This document shows positions 37,858 through 46,834 of a stretch of 64,000 bases of DNA, piece after piece. Below the pieces are notes generated by a model, which was given only the letters and a program-made list of their open reading frames with translations, made no database searches and had not been told where the DNA came from. This stretch comes from Candidatus Moraniibacteriota bacterium. Lineage in GTDB: Bacteria; Patescibacteriota; Minisyncoccia; Moranbacterales; GWC2-37-73. The translations under genes and the position numbers were made by a program. The DNA is taken from the NCBI GenBank assembly GCA_003507445.1, contig DNVR01000019.1:1367-65366 (forward strand), given 5' to 3'. The first letter of the stretch is position 1. The number at the start of each line of letters is the position of its first letter.

Positions 37858-38541
37858 ATGGAAAATAATCTTAAAGGATATGTGAAATTTACCCATGCCA
37901 TTATTGGCAAATATTCCGATGAAGACATGCTTCCCATAAGGGAGCACGACATCCACGCTATCGAAGAACTTCTATCCTCACGGCTCGGAGAAAAACACAT
38001 CAAGGTTTTACACATGAGCTTCGGACTTGATGGGCAGGAAGCAACACGGGCAGAAATTGCAGATATACTAAACATCTCGCAAAGTCGCGTAGGTCAGCTT
38101 GAAGAAAAAGCTTTGCGAATTCTTCGGCATCCTGCGAACAGCAATGTTTTCAAAAAGCTCTACAGGTCTCATTTGGAAGCAATAATAGCGCGTCAAAGAA
38201 AGGATTTGACAGAGGCATACAGCTCGCGAGATAGTGTCGAGAAAGAGCTGAACAAAACAAGGATGCTCAAGCAGTTGAATGAGGAAGCTCTATTTTGTAC
38301 AAACAGGGAGGTGTGGAAATCGCTTGTCCGCGACATGCACGAATACATCATAGAGGACATTCCGCATTTTTCCGTAAGAACCCAGAGATGTCTGAAAGAA
38401 AATAACATCATAAAGGTTCGGGATTTAGTTCGCAAGACAGAAGAAGACTTGCGCTCATTCCCACAGTTTGGAGCCAAGAGCTTCAATGAAGTGAAGGACT
38501 TCCTTTACCATGCTGGTCTTGAACTTTCAAAAGAAGAATAA
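37858..38541 (+). CDS. Fusion protein: sigma-70 region 4.2-like HTH at the N-terminus plus an RNAP alpha-subunit C-terminal-domain (alphaCTD)-like HhH domain at the C-terminus.
   Basis: N-terminal LGEKHIKVLHMSFGLDGQEATRAEIADILNISQSRVGQLEEKALRILRHP aligns to sigma-70 region 4.2 (...KVLRMRFG...RERIRQIEAKALRKLRHP). C-terminal SVRTQRCLKENNIIKVRDLVRKTEEDLRSFPQFGAKSFNEVKDFLYHAGLEL aligns to E. coli alphaCTD ([52 protein letters not shown]) at about 23/51 identities, including R265, G296, K298 and S299 equivalents. No sigma region 2. Confidence 0.6.
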   Translation: MENNLKGYVKFTHAIIGKYSDEDMLPIREHDIHAIEELLSSRLGEKHIKVLHMSFGLDGQEATRAEIADILNISQSRVGQLEEKALRILRHPANSNVFKKLYRSHLEAIIARQRKDLTEAYSSRDSVEKELNKTRMLKQLNEEALFCTNREVWKSLVRDMHEYIIEDIPHFSVRTQRCLKENNIIKVRDLVRKTEEDLRSFPQFGAKSFNEVKDFLYHAGLELSKEE

Positions 38542-38573
38542 ATGCATCAAACGGTTGCTTCAATAGAAGCTAC

Positions 38574-38601
38574 GACGACCCACCTAGAGGTCGTCTTTTT
38601 T
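38574..38601 (+). terminator. Terminator.
   Basis: GACGACC-cacctaga-GGTCGTC followed by TTTTTTT. Confidence 0.65.
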
Positions 38602-38607
38602 TATGTT

Positions 38608-38776
38608 CCATTCTTCACTGGCAGATGCAAAATACTCGTTTCAAGCATAAACTTCTGCAGTTTCAATTCTATTTCTAAACAAAGCCCACTCTTTTAACTC
38701 TTGAATTAAAGGGTTCCAAGAATTTCTAACTTGGGCTACACTCATAAAAAAGAGGTTATTTGAGGCCTCTTTTTTG
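38608..38776. repeat. ~170-bp repeat, copy 1; its 3' ~45 bp duplicate the tRNA-Glu 3' end plus terminator.
   Basis: CCATTCTTCACTGGCAGATGC...CTTGGGCTACACTCATAAAAAAGAGG...CCTCTTTTTTG. Matches 39627-39797 (about 75%) and TTGGCGCTACACTCTTCAAAAAGAGG... at 36957-37003. Confidence 0.7.
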
Positions 38777-38834
38777 TTTTGTCTCATTTTAGCTGGAATT
38801 TTTAACTGTTTGATGTTAACTTTATATTACAATT

Positions 38835-39599
38835 ATGAAGAATTTTATTATTTCGCCAATTGCAAAAAAAATTATAGTCCGCTTTAGCAATAAGTGCGTC
38901 ATCCTGCCATTGGATATTCAGGATAAGGTTGATGCTTATTGGGATGAACTTATCAAGAGTGGAAAAAATTATAAACGAGGAGAGGTTTTCACTGTGACAA
39001 AAAAAGAGGAATTTGAAGACCGTATTGATATTTTGGTTGAAAAAACTGATTATGCACATTACCTTTATTGTCAGAATATTGATGCTCTTGGAGAAAATGG
39101 AGTGCATATTATTCATACTGCGGCATTAGTGGAAACATCAGACGAAAAGATTATTTTTGGCAAGATGGGGAATCAAACTTCTCGCAGTGAAATACATCAG
39201 CTCTGTGGTGGTGGCATTGATAACAATGACTTGCGAGATGATATTTTTGACTTGAATCATAATATAAAAAAGGAACTCGAAGAAGAACTGGGCATCAATA
39301 TTGATGACAGTAAGCGAATTGAAACATTTGGACTTGCTTATTTTAAGGAGGGTGGTCCAACTAATAAGATGACCGTTACATATAAAGTAAAACTCAATGA
39401 AACAAGTGAGGAATTTATGGAAAAATACAATGAGTTTGTTTTGTATTTGAAGAAAAACAACAAACTGCCTGAGTTTGGAGATATTATTATCTTGAATAAA
39501 GATAAAAAATCTCTTAATGATTTTTTTAACAAAAATGATATTAGACTTGATGAATACATGAGACCCCTGTTTGAATATATTAGTAAACATAGCTTTTAG
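38835..39599 (+). CDS. Putative NUDIX-family hydrolase.
   Basis: Nudix-box-like GGGIDNNDLRDDIFDLNHNIKKELEEELGINI (Gx5Ex7-like...ELEEELG). Confidence 0.4.
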   Translation: MKNFIISPIAKKIIVRFSNKCVILPLDIQDKVDAYWDELIKSGKNYKRGEVFTVTKKEEFEDRIDILVEKTDYAHYLYCQNIDALGENGVHIIHTAALVETSDEKIIFGKMGNQTSRSEIHQLCGGGIDNNDLRDDIFDLNHNIKKELEEELGINIDDSKRIETFGLAYFKEGGPTNKMTVTYKVKLNETSEEFMEKYNEFVLYLKKNNKLPEFGDIIILNKDKKSLNDFFNKNDIRLDEYMRPLFEYISKHSF

Positions 39600-39626
39600 C
39601 TCAACCTTAAGTATTTTGCATAAATT

Positions 39627-39797
39627 CCATTCCTCACTGGCAGATATAGAATACTCATTTCAAGAATAAACATCGGCAGTTTCTAATTGTTTTCTGAATA
39701 TAGCCCATTCATTAAGCTCTTTAATAATAGGGTTCCAGTTCAACCTAACTTGGGCTACAAACAAAGAAATCTCCGCTTTAATGAGGGGATTTTTTGT
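39627..39797. repeat. ~170-bp repeat, copy 2.
   Basis: CCATTCCTCACTGGCAGATAT...CTTGGGCTACAAACAAAG...GAGGGGATTTTTTG. Confidence 0.7.
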
Positions 39798-39926
39798 TTG
39801 TCTTGCACCAAGAGTGGAATCGGACGGGTATTTTAAATAAAAAAAGGAGACCGCGTTAAGCAATCCCCGAAATGTTGTGAGCCCCATATTATGCCACAAC
39901 AAACACTTTGTGTGATGCCGATGGGG

Positions 39927-40457
39927 CTAGGCTTTCTTTGAAAATTTAACAGGGATGAGTTCCCCTGCACCGAGACGAAAATTTTTGTTGCCAATTATTT
40001 TCATCTCGACTCTTGGGTCAACTAGGCGTTGCAAACGCGCACAAGCGACGATAATATTTGCAAAAAAACTTGAAAACCCAAGTTGTGTTCCAACTGAGAA
40101 AATATAATCATTAAATTCTCGTTGAAACATAATCTTTTGAAAAACATTGAGATGATATTCTCGAGAAATAGTAAACCGAGACAACTCAACACAATTCAGT
40201 GGCAGGTTGCTGTGTTGTGGGAAAAGAAAATCCTCAACAGGCAACCTTGCTCTTCTGCGATCGATAAGACGACAGCCTCCAATAACTTGCTTGTCATACA
40301 TAATAATGTAGTGGCAGCAGTTGTTGGCGTCATATTTGTCTTTCTCTAATCGCTCCTCATTTTCTGGCTCTGCCTGCATCTCTTCAACATAGCGCTCATA
40401 ACGTATGCGAAAATATGCATTAATCATCGCCGGATCGTTTGTTAGAATAAATTGCAT
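39927..40457 (-). CDS. GNAT-fold N-acyltransferase (autoinducer-synthase/N-acyl amino acid synthase-like).
   Basis: YIIMYDKQVIGGCRLIDRR...CVELSRFTISREY pattern; GC about 45%. Confidence 0.4.
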   Translation of the reverse strand: MQFILTNDPAMINAYFRIRYERYVEEMQAEPENEERLEKDKYDANNCCHYIIMYDKQVIGGCRLIDRRRARLPVEDFLFPQHSNLPLNCVELSRFTISREYHLNVFQKIMFQREFNDYIFSVGTQLGFSSFFANIIVACARLQRLVDPRVEMKIIGNKNFRLGAGELIPVKFSKKA

Positions 40458-40630
40458 ATCAGCCTCCTTTTTTGAGTTTGCCTGACGGCAAACTTTTTAT
40501 AGGTGTAGGTGGCTGGTTACCCCTTTTTTAAGGTAACAAAACAGCATACTCCTATTTTGGGAATTTGTCAATAGCAAGCATTATTGATAAATCCTTGAAT
40601 AAAAGAGGTATTTAAGATATAATTAGGGAT

Positions 40631-41221
40631 ATGGAACAAACAGGACAATACATTTTTGAATTCTTGCGGCACTATGGCTATTGGGCAATGTTGCCTTTGA
40701 TGATTGTTGAAGGGCCAGTGGCGACTATTATTGCTGCGATGCTGGCGTCACTTGGCGCTTTTGCGTGGCCGGTGGTTTTGCTATTTTCAATTTTGGGGGA
40801 TATTATCGGAGACGTGCTTTTGTATGGAGCGGGGTATAAATGGGGAATTGGATTTGTGCGTGGATTTGGAAAATATATGGGAATCACGGAAAGTTTGGTT
40901 TTGAGGATGGAAAAATATTTTGAGGCTCACGGTGGTAAAACAATTTTTGCAGTCAAATCAACCACAGGGCTTTGTTGGGCAACCTTTGCAGCAGCTGGAA
41001 TTGTGAAAATGGATTTCAAAAAATTTGTGAAATATTCAATTCTTGGTGGTTTTGTTTGGAGTGGAACCTTGGTTGCAATGGGATATTTCTATGGTTATCT
41101 TTGGAAAGAAATGAAACAATATATCAGCTGGATTGGCTGGATCATTGCTGCTGTGGCAATCGTTTCTTTTATTGTCATCACGCTTTATAAAAAGAAACAG
41201 TCAGGGAAGTTTGTGGAGTAG
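40631..41221 (+). CDS. DedA/VTT-family membrane protein.
   Basis: GDIIGDVLLYGAGYKWG signature. Confidence 0.8.
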   Translation: MEQTGQYIFEFLRHYGYWAMLPLMIVEGPVATIIAAMLASLGAFAWPVVLLFSILGDIIGDVLLYGAGYKWGIGFVRGFGKYMGITESLVLRMEKYFEAHGGKTIFAVKSTTGLCWATFAAAGIVKMDFKKFVKYSILGGFVWSGTLVAMGYFYGYLWKEMKQYISWIGWIIAAVAIVSFIVITLYKKKQSGKFVE

Positions 41222-41290
41222 GAATTTTTCAAAAAAGACAGAATAATGCTTTAAGATTGTATTATGCGTTAGGAATTAAAAACCTCATGT

Positions 41291-42037
41291 ATGACAGTCT
41301 TTTTTATTTTCCCTCATCCTGACGATGAAACGATTTTTGCTGGCGGAGTGATTCTGCGCCATCTTACTAATGGCGACAAAGTTGTTTGGGTTTGCGCCAG
41401 TTTTGGCGAGAGAGGAGGAGAGGCCACAAAAAGATCCCCAAAAAATTTTTATGAAATGTTCAGACTCGCGGGAAAATTTCCAATCTTATTGTTTGCACAA
41501 AAAGCTGTTGTTTATTGGTTGGGTATTTTCAGGAAGCCCAGTACAAGACTTGCTGAAACAAGAAAGAGAGAGGCAAAAGAAATTGCTGATAGGCTTGGAG
41601 TGAAAGATTTGATTTTCATGGAAATTTCAGATATGCGTTTTGGATGGAACAAGAAAAAAATTATTGAAAATCTGAAAAAATATATTAATGAAATGAAGCC
41701 GGATATTATTTATACGATGTTCTCCGATGGAATAACGGGACATCCTGATCATGTCGCACTTTCGAGTTGCGTTGTTCAGATTGTGCGTGAGGCCGAGGCG
41801 GCAGGGCCCAAATTATTTCTCACAACATTTTCAAATGAGATTATAGATAAATATAAGCTTCCACTTTTTGGAATGCCTGAAAAAAATATTTCCAAAATAG
41901 TTAAACTTTCACCTGTGGAACTTGCAAAGAAAAAACAATTAATCTCCCTTTATGCCAGTCAATCATATCTTTGGAAAATTTTCCTTGAAAAATATCCTGA
42001 AATTTTAGCAGTGGAATTTCTTGTTGAATATTGTTAA
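41291..42037 (+). CDS. PIG-L/LmbE-family N-acetylglucosaminyl deacetylase.
   Basis: FPHPDDETIFAGG and GHPDHVA motifs. Confidence 0.7.
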   Translation: MTVFFIFPHPDDETIFAGGVILRHLTNGDKVVWVCASFGERGGEATKRSPKNFYEMFRLAGKFPILLFAQKAVVYWLGIFRKPSTRLAETRKREAKEIADRLGVKDLIFMEISDMRFGWNKKKIIENLKKYINEMKPDIIYTMFSDGITGHPDHVALSSCVVQIVREAEAAGPKLFLTTFSNEIIDKYKLPLFGMPEKNISKIVKLSPVELAKKKQLISLYASQSYLWKIFLEKYPEILAVEFLVEYC

Positions 42038-42120
42038 TGAGCAGTACCATTGACTTTTTGCAGAATTAATTGTATTGTTTATCGTTCTTTTACATATCTA
42101 ATTTCAAGGGAGGATACACA

Positions 42121-43089
42121 ATGAAGATATTACTTTCGGATTGGCATCTGGCTCCTTTTCGGGTTGAGAAGTTTTTGACTCAAAAAAGGAATTTTATTGA
42201 AATAATTATCCAATATTTCGCAAAGAAATTTGAGGATAAAGAAAAAGAGGCAAAAATGCTTGAAAGCATCCGGCTTGTTGTAAAGAAGGAAAATATCAAA
42301 GTCGGATATTTCAACGGCGATTTTATGGAATCACGAAGAACTGAACGGGGCATGAACACAACGGAGGATTTGGAAAAGGCACTTGAATTGAAAGCATACA
42401 TCATGAAAAAACTCGGTTTGATATTGGCTTTTTTTAATCTTGGGAATCATGAATCTGGGTATGACTTGCCACTTTGCACTGATGCAGAGAAAGGTATTAA
42501 CTGGCAGGCCATAAAAAACTTCCTTGTTTTTACGGAAGCAGAAGAATTATATTGCTCATTTTATGAAGATAATTCCAAGCTTATTTTCGTGCCGTACATT
42601 TTTTCCGAAGAAAAGGCTCGCGACTTTGATCTTGATGCCGAGAAGAAAATATTTTTAGGCAGAATGAGAGAAGATCTCAAGGAAGATATTCCCACAATTT
42701 TATTGGTTCATGATCCTGATTCATTTGATGATGTTGAGTTGCTTGGATTGATTCGGGAAAATCGTGAAAAAATAAAATTTATATTCTTCGGACACTATCA
42801 TTCTTGGATAAACTTGTTTTTCATGAGAATCATGGTCAATGTTTATGGTAGAATTCTTCTTTTTCCTTTTAGGTGCTTTGTGGATCTGTTCTTCTTTGCG
42901 CTTACAAAGGGAGATGTACATATTGTCAGAGAATTGGGTATATATTTTCGAAAACGAAAAAATATACCAACGATCATAAGAGAATTGGGAGCCGTGCTTA
43001 TTCCTGCACCAACTGGTACGGTTGGTATCGGAGGCGGGTATTTGGTTCTTGACCTCGGAAAAGGAACATATGAAAAGAAAAAAATATGA
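42121..43089 (+). CDS. Calcineurin-like metallophosphoesterase.
   Basis: LVHDPDS and FFGHYHS motifs. RBS AAGGGAGGA before the internal ATG at 42121, so the ORF-track start at 42070 is probably too early. Confidence 0.55.
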   Translation: MKILLSDWHLAPFRVEKFLTQKRNFIEIIIQYFAKKFEDKEKEAKMLESIRLVVKKENIKVGYFNGDFMESRRTERGMNTTEDLEKALELKAYIMKKLGLILAFFNLGNHESGYDLPLCTDAEKGINWQAIKNFLVFTEAEELYCSFYEDNSKLIFVPYIFSEEKARDFDLDAEKKIFLGRMREDLKEDIPTILLVHDPDSFDDVELLGLIRENREKIKFIFFGHYHSWINLFFMRIMVNVYGRILLFPFRCFVDLFFFALTKGDVHIVRELGIYFRKRKNIPTIIRELGAVLIPAPTGTVGIGGGYLVLDLGKGTYEKKKI

Positions 43090-43216
43090 AAGGAGGCCAG
43101 AGTTAATCATGGCATAGTGATTGTCTGTAAATAATGCATTCGGGGATGCTCTATGGAGTGGCCCCTTTTTTTCTTGCAAAAAAGCTTGATTAAGCGTAAA
43201 ATCAAGAAATAATATT

Positions 43217-44059
43217 ATGGTGAGAAGACTTGTAAAATTTGCAGGAAAGGCCATGGGAAAGGCAAAAAGTGTGCTTTTTGCGGATCCAAGGCTTTTATAC
43301 AAAGAAGAACGGCATCTTGTGAATCAGCCGTTTTTTTTCGTGGGCAATAATGGTAAAGGAATTTTGCTTGTGCATGGTTGGACATCAACGCCATATGAAG
43401 TGCGAAGATTGGGAAAATATCTCAATGAAAATGGCTACACGGTCTTGGGAATTCAACTTGCTGGACACGGAAGTGTGCCAAAAGATTTGGAAGGAATAAA
43501 ATGGCAAGATTGGATTTTGGATATTGAAAATGGTTATGCGGAATTGAAAAAAACTTGCGAGAAGGTGTATGTCGGAGGGACTTCAATCGGTGCAAATCTG
43601 GCGATGGAGTTTGCCAAAAAAGAAAAAAACATCGCAGGATTGATTTTAATGGCCACGCCGTATAGATTGAGATACGAAGAGATTGTTGTGTCTTTTGCAA
43701 AAACATTAAAAATGTTTAAGAAATATCACAAAAAATATTATCCTCCGACTTTTGGTGTTTCAACCACCATTACAAGATTGATTTCATATCAGTCTTATCC
43801 AATTTCTAGTTCACTAGAAACTTTTTCCTTAATTAAGGATTCAAGAAAGAATCTGGAGCTGATAACTCAGCCTATTCTTATTATGCAATCAACACACGAT
43901 CACATTGTTCAAAAAAATAGCTTGGAAAATATTTATAAGAAAGTTGGCTCTGAAATAAAAAAGAAAAAATATATTGAAAAAGCATATCATACTTTCATTT
44001 CGGATATTAAAAACGAGCACGTGTTTAGGGATATATTGGAGTTTTTAGAAGTAAATTAA
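43217..44059 (+). CDS. Alpha/beta-hydrolase (esterase/lipase).
   Basis: HGWTSTP, then a GTSIG nucleophile elbow, then a late His. Confidence 0.6.
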   Translation: MVRRLVKFAGKAMGKAKSVLFADPRLLYKEERHLVNQPFFFVGNNGKGILLVHGWTSTPYEVRRLGKYLNENGYTVLGIQLAGHGSVPKDLEGIKWQDWILDIENGYAELKKTCEKVYVGGTSIGANLAMEFAKKEKNIAGLILMATPYRLRYEEIVVSFAKTLKMFKKYHKKYYPPTFGVSTTITRLISYQSYPISSSLETFSLIKDSRKNLELITQPILIMQSTHDHIVQKNSLENIYKKVGSEIKKKKYIEKAYHTFISDIKNEHVFRDILEFLEVN

Positions 44060-44099
44060 GATTTTTGACGCAGGTTGTCTTGTGTTTTCGTTGCTATTT

Positions 44100-44215
44100 T
44101 CAAATTTCCAATATCAAATTACTAATTTCTAATCAATGTCCAATTTCCCAATTCCCAAATTTTTGACATTTTGATATTAGAATTTTATTGGAAATTAGAT
44201 ATTAGAAATTAGAAA
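44100..44215. repeat. AT-rich heptamer-based inverted repeat cluster of the (AAATTAG / TTTCCAA) family.
   Basis: ...CCAATATCAAATTACTAATTTCTAAT...ATTAGATATTAGAAATTAGAAATTGAG. Related arrays at 16583-16612, 20061-20180, 28266-28291 and 61236-61330. Confidence 0.6.
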
Positions 44216-44270
44216 TTGAGAAACATATTGAATCTCTCAAATATTATTTTTATTGATGGCTTAAAGTATT

Positions 44271-45479
44271 ATGAACATCGCTATCTTCACTAATAATTAC
44301 CTCCCTAATCCTTTTGGCGTTTCGATGTCGATTGAAAGTTTTCGCAGGGAATTTGAAAAACTCGGCCACACGGTGTATATTTTTGCCCCTGATTTTAAGG
44401 ATTATGTTGATGAAAATAAGAATGTTTTCAGATATCCTGCCTTGGATTTGAAATTTAAAAATATTCGTTTTCCAATTGCAATTCCATATTCCTACCGTAT
44501 CGATAGGATTTTGGAAAGTTTAGAAATTGATGTGATTCATTCTCAACATCCAAATTTGTTGGGATGGCAAGCAAGAAGATGGGCAAAGAAAAAAAATGTG
44601 CCGCTTATTTTCACGTGGCACACATTGTATGATCAATACGCACATTTTGCACCTTTTATTCCCAGAAAATTGGCTGCTTGGTGGACGATTAAAAACGCCG
44701 TGAAATACGCAAACAGGTGCGATCAGATTATTGTGCCAACCAAATCAGTCAAAAAAATAATAACTGATTGGGGAGTGCGAAATGAAAATATTCAAGCAGT
44801 TGCGACAGGTGTTGAAGAAAGTTTTTTTCAAAATACTGATAGGGTTGGAACGAGAAAAAAGTTTGGTATTGAAGATGATGAAGTGGCGCTGCTGCTTCTT
44901 TCCAGATTAACAACAGAAAAAAATGTTGAATTTTTGGTGCGAGCAGTTATTAAAATTTTGAAAAAAAATGAAAAAATTTACCCTGTTAAATCCGCGATAG
45001 ATCGCGGTGCGGAGCAATTTAACAGGGTGAAGTTTATTTTAGCTGGGGAAGGACAAGAATTGCCAAAACTTAAAAAAATGATTGTTAATGCTGGATTGAT
45101 AAATAAAGTTGTTTTTTCAGGGATTGTGCAAAGAGAAATTACAAAAAATATTTTCGCAGCTGCTGATATTTTTGTGTATGCTTCAAAATCAGAAACACAG
45201 GGGATGATTTTAACTGAGGCAATGTGCTTGGGTCTTCCTGTTGTAGCTGTGGCAGCAACAGGTGCGATAGACATTGTTGGCAATCAAATCACTGGATTAT
45301 TGGTAAAGGAAAATGAAGATGAATTTGCAAGTGCTGTTGAAAGATTGATAAATGATGTGGAACTCAGAAAGCGATTTTCAGAAAATGCCGAAAAAATTGC
45401 CAAAGAAAATTACACAGCTCCTATTTGTGCTCAAAAAATGCTAGAGATTTATCAAAAAAATATTGGAACAAAAAAATGA
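44271..45479 (+). CDS. Glycosyltransferase family 1 (GT4).
   Basis: N-terminal MNIAIFTNNYLPNPFGVS and C-terminal ETQGMILTEAMCLGLPVVA. Confidence 0.8.
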   Translation: MNIAIFTNNYLPNPFGVSMSIESFRREFEKLGHTVYIFAPDFKDYVDENKNVFRYPALDLKFKNIRFPIAIPYSYRIDRILESLEIDVIHSQHPNLLGWQARRWAKKKNVPLIFTWHTLYDQYAHFAPFIPRKLAAWWTIKNAVKYANRCDQIIVPTKSVKKIITDWGVRNENIQAVATGVEESFFQNTDRVGTRKKFGIEDDEVALLLLSRLTTEKNVEFLVRAVIKILKKNEKIYPVKSAIDRGAEQFNRVKFILAGEGQELPKLKKMIVNAGLINKVVFSGIVQREITKNIFAAADIFVYASKSETQGMILTEAMCLGLPVVAVAATGAIDIVGNQITGLLVKENEDEFASAVERLINDVELRKRFSENAEKIAKENYTAPICAQKMLEIYQKNIGTKK

Positions 45480-46018
45480 TTCTAGGCAAAAATTTTTATA
45501 AGCAAAACACTTTGGATGTTGCTAAGAAATTGTTGGGCTGTGTTTTGGTTCGCAGGATTGGAAAAAAAGAAATTCGCGCTGTTATCACTGATGTGGAAGC
45601 ATATATGGGTGAGGATGATTTGGCGAATCACGCCTCTAAAGGCAGGACGCCAAGAACTGAAATTATGTATGGAGCAGCTGGTCATTCGTACGTGTATCTT
45701 GTATATGGAATGTACAATGTGCTCAATATTATTACTGAGAAAAAAGATTTTCCTGCTGCAGTTATGATTAGAGGGATAAAAATAGAAGGTGTTGATTACA
45801 AAAAAACCAATGGACCAGGAAAACTTTGCCGACAATTGCAGATAGATCGCAAACTTAATGGGTGGGATGTGACGAAAGGGGAATTGTTATGGATCGAGCG
45901 TGGCAAGAAGGTTGTTGATGTGATAGAAAGCAAGAGAATCGGCATTGATTATGCCAAACATTGCAAGGATTATCTTTGGAGATTTACTCTCCCAGAATAT
46001 GCTGGGAAGAAAAAGTAA
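45476..46018 (+). CDS. mpg: DNA-3-methyladenine glycosylase (Mpg/AAG family).
   Basis: ITDVEAYMGEDDLANHASKGRTPRTEIMYGAAGHSYVYLVYGMYNVLNI. The ATG overlaps the preceding stop (ATGA). Confidence 0.8.
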   Translation: MILGKNFYKQNTLDVAKKLLGCVLVRRIGKKEIRAVITDVEAYMGEDDLANHASKGRTPRTEIMYGAAGHSYVYLVYGMYNVLNIITEKKDFPAAVMIRGIKIEGVDYKKTNGPGKLCRQLQIDRKLNGWDVTKGELLWIERGKKVVDVIESKRIGIDYAKHCKDYLWRFTLPEYAGKKK

Positions 46019-46106
46019 ACTCGCTGTGTAGTAATAGTTGCGTTGCTAAAAATTAATTAATAAAAATATCTGCAGTGCGTATTTTTTGATACATGCTTCA
46101 TGATAT

Positions 46107-46712
46107 ATGCTATATGATATGGTTTACGAAGCAAAAAAATTTGATCATCTGCTGGGTTTGGATGGTTTTTCAGATGAACTACTTAAAAATCATTTCACCT
46201 TGTATGAAGGTTATGTGGCAAATACAAACAAGGCGGTTGATACAATTGTAAATCTTTTGGATCAAGATAAGACGGCCACGCCGGAATATGCAGAGGTTAT
46301 GCGCAGATTCGGTTGGGAGTTTAATGGGATGCGACTCCATGAATTGTATTTTGAAAATATGATGAAAGGTGGTTCGACATTAGAAAAGGAAAGTGAACTT
46401 GGCAAAAAAATTGTTCAGCAGTTTGGTTCGCTTGAAAGATGGGAAAAGCATTTTCGTGCAACTGGTGCAATGCGGGGAATCGGTTGGGTCGTGCTATATC
46501 AAGATGATGTTACCGGTACGATGTATAACGTGTGGATTAATGAACATAACGAAGGGCATATGACTGGCGCAACACCACTTTTAGTTATGGATGTTTTTGA
46601 ACATTCCTATATGATTCAATATGGCCTAAAAAAAGTTGATTACATCGAAGCGTTTTTTAAAAACATCTGCTGGCACGTTGTCAGCGCAAGGTTTGCACAG
46701 GCGAATGCGTAG
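46107..46712 (+). CDS. Fe/Mn superoxide-dismutase-fold protein with one metal ligand substituted.
   Basis: C-terminal LVMDVFEHSYMIQY matches SOD DVWEHAYY; GWVVL...VWINEHN also matches. The N-terminal KHH ligand region is replaced (TLYEGYVANTN). The start may instead be the ATG at 46119. Confidence 0.6.
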   Translation: MLYDMVYEAKKFDHLLGLDGFSDELLKNHFTLYEGYVANTNKAVDTIVNLLDQDKTATPEYAEVMRRFGWEFNGMRLHELYFENMMKGGSTLEKESELGKKIVQQFGSLERWEKHFRATGAMRGIGWVVLYQDDVTGTMYNVWINEHNEGHMTGATPLLVMDVFEHSYMIQYGLKKVDYIEAFFKNICWHVVSARFAQANA

Positions 46713-46834
46713 ATGTTCTTAGAAATTTGTAATAAAAAATCTCCAGGATAGATCTGGAGATTTTTTAACTTATGAGTCCATTGTACAAGGATGCTTGAAC
46801 TGGGTTTATAAAAAAATATTATTTAATTCAATGC

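Noticed and set aside
39660-39902. ORF 39660-39902(-) overlapping 170-bp repeat copy 2.
   Set aside because: It lies within a repeat that also occurs at 38608-38776 without a comparable intact ORF; likely non-coding.
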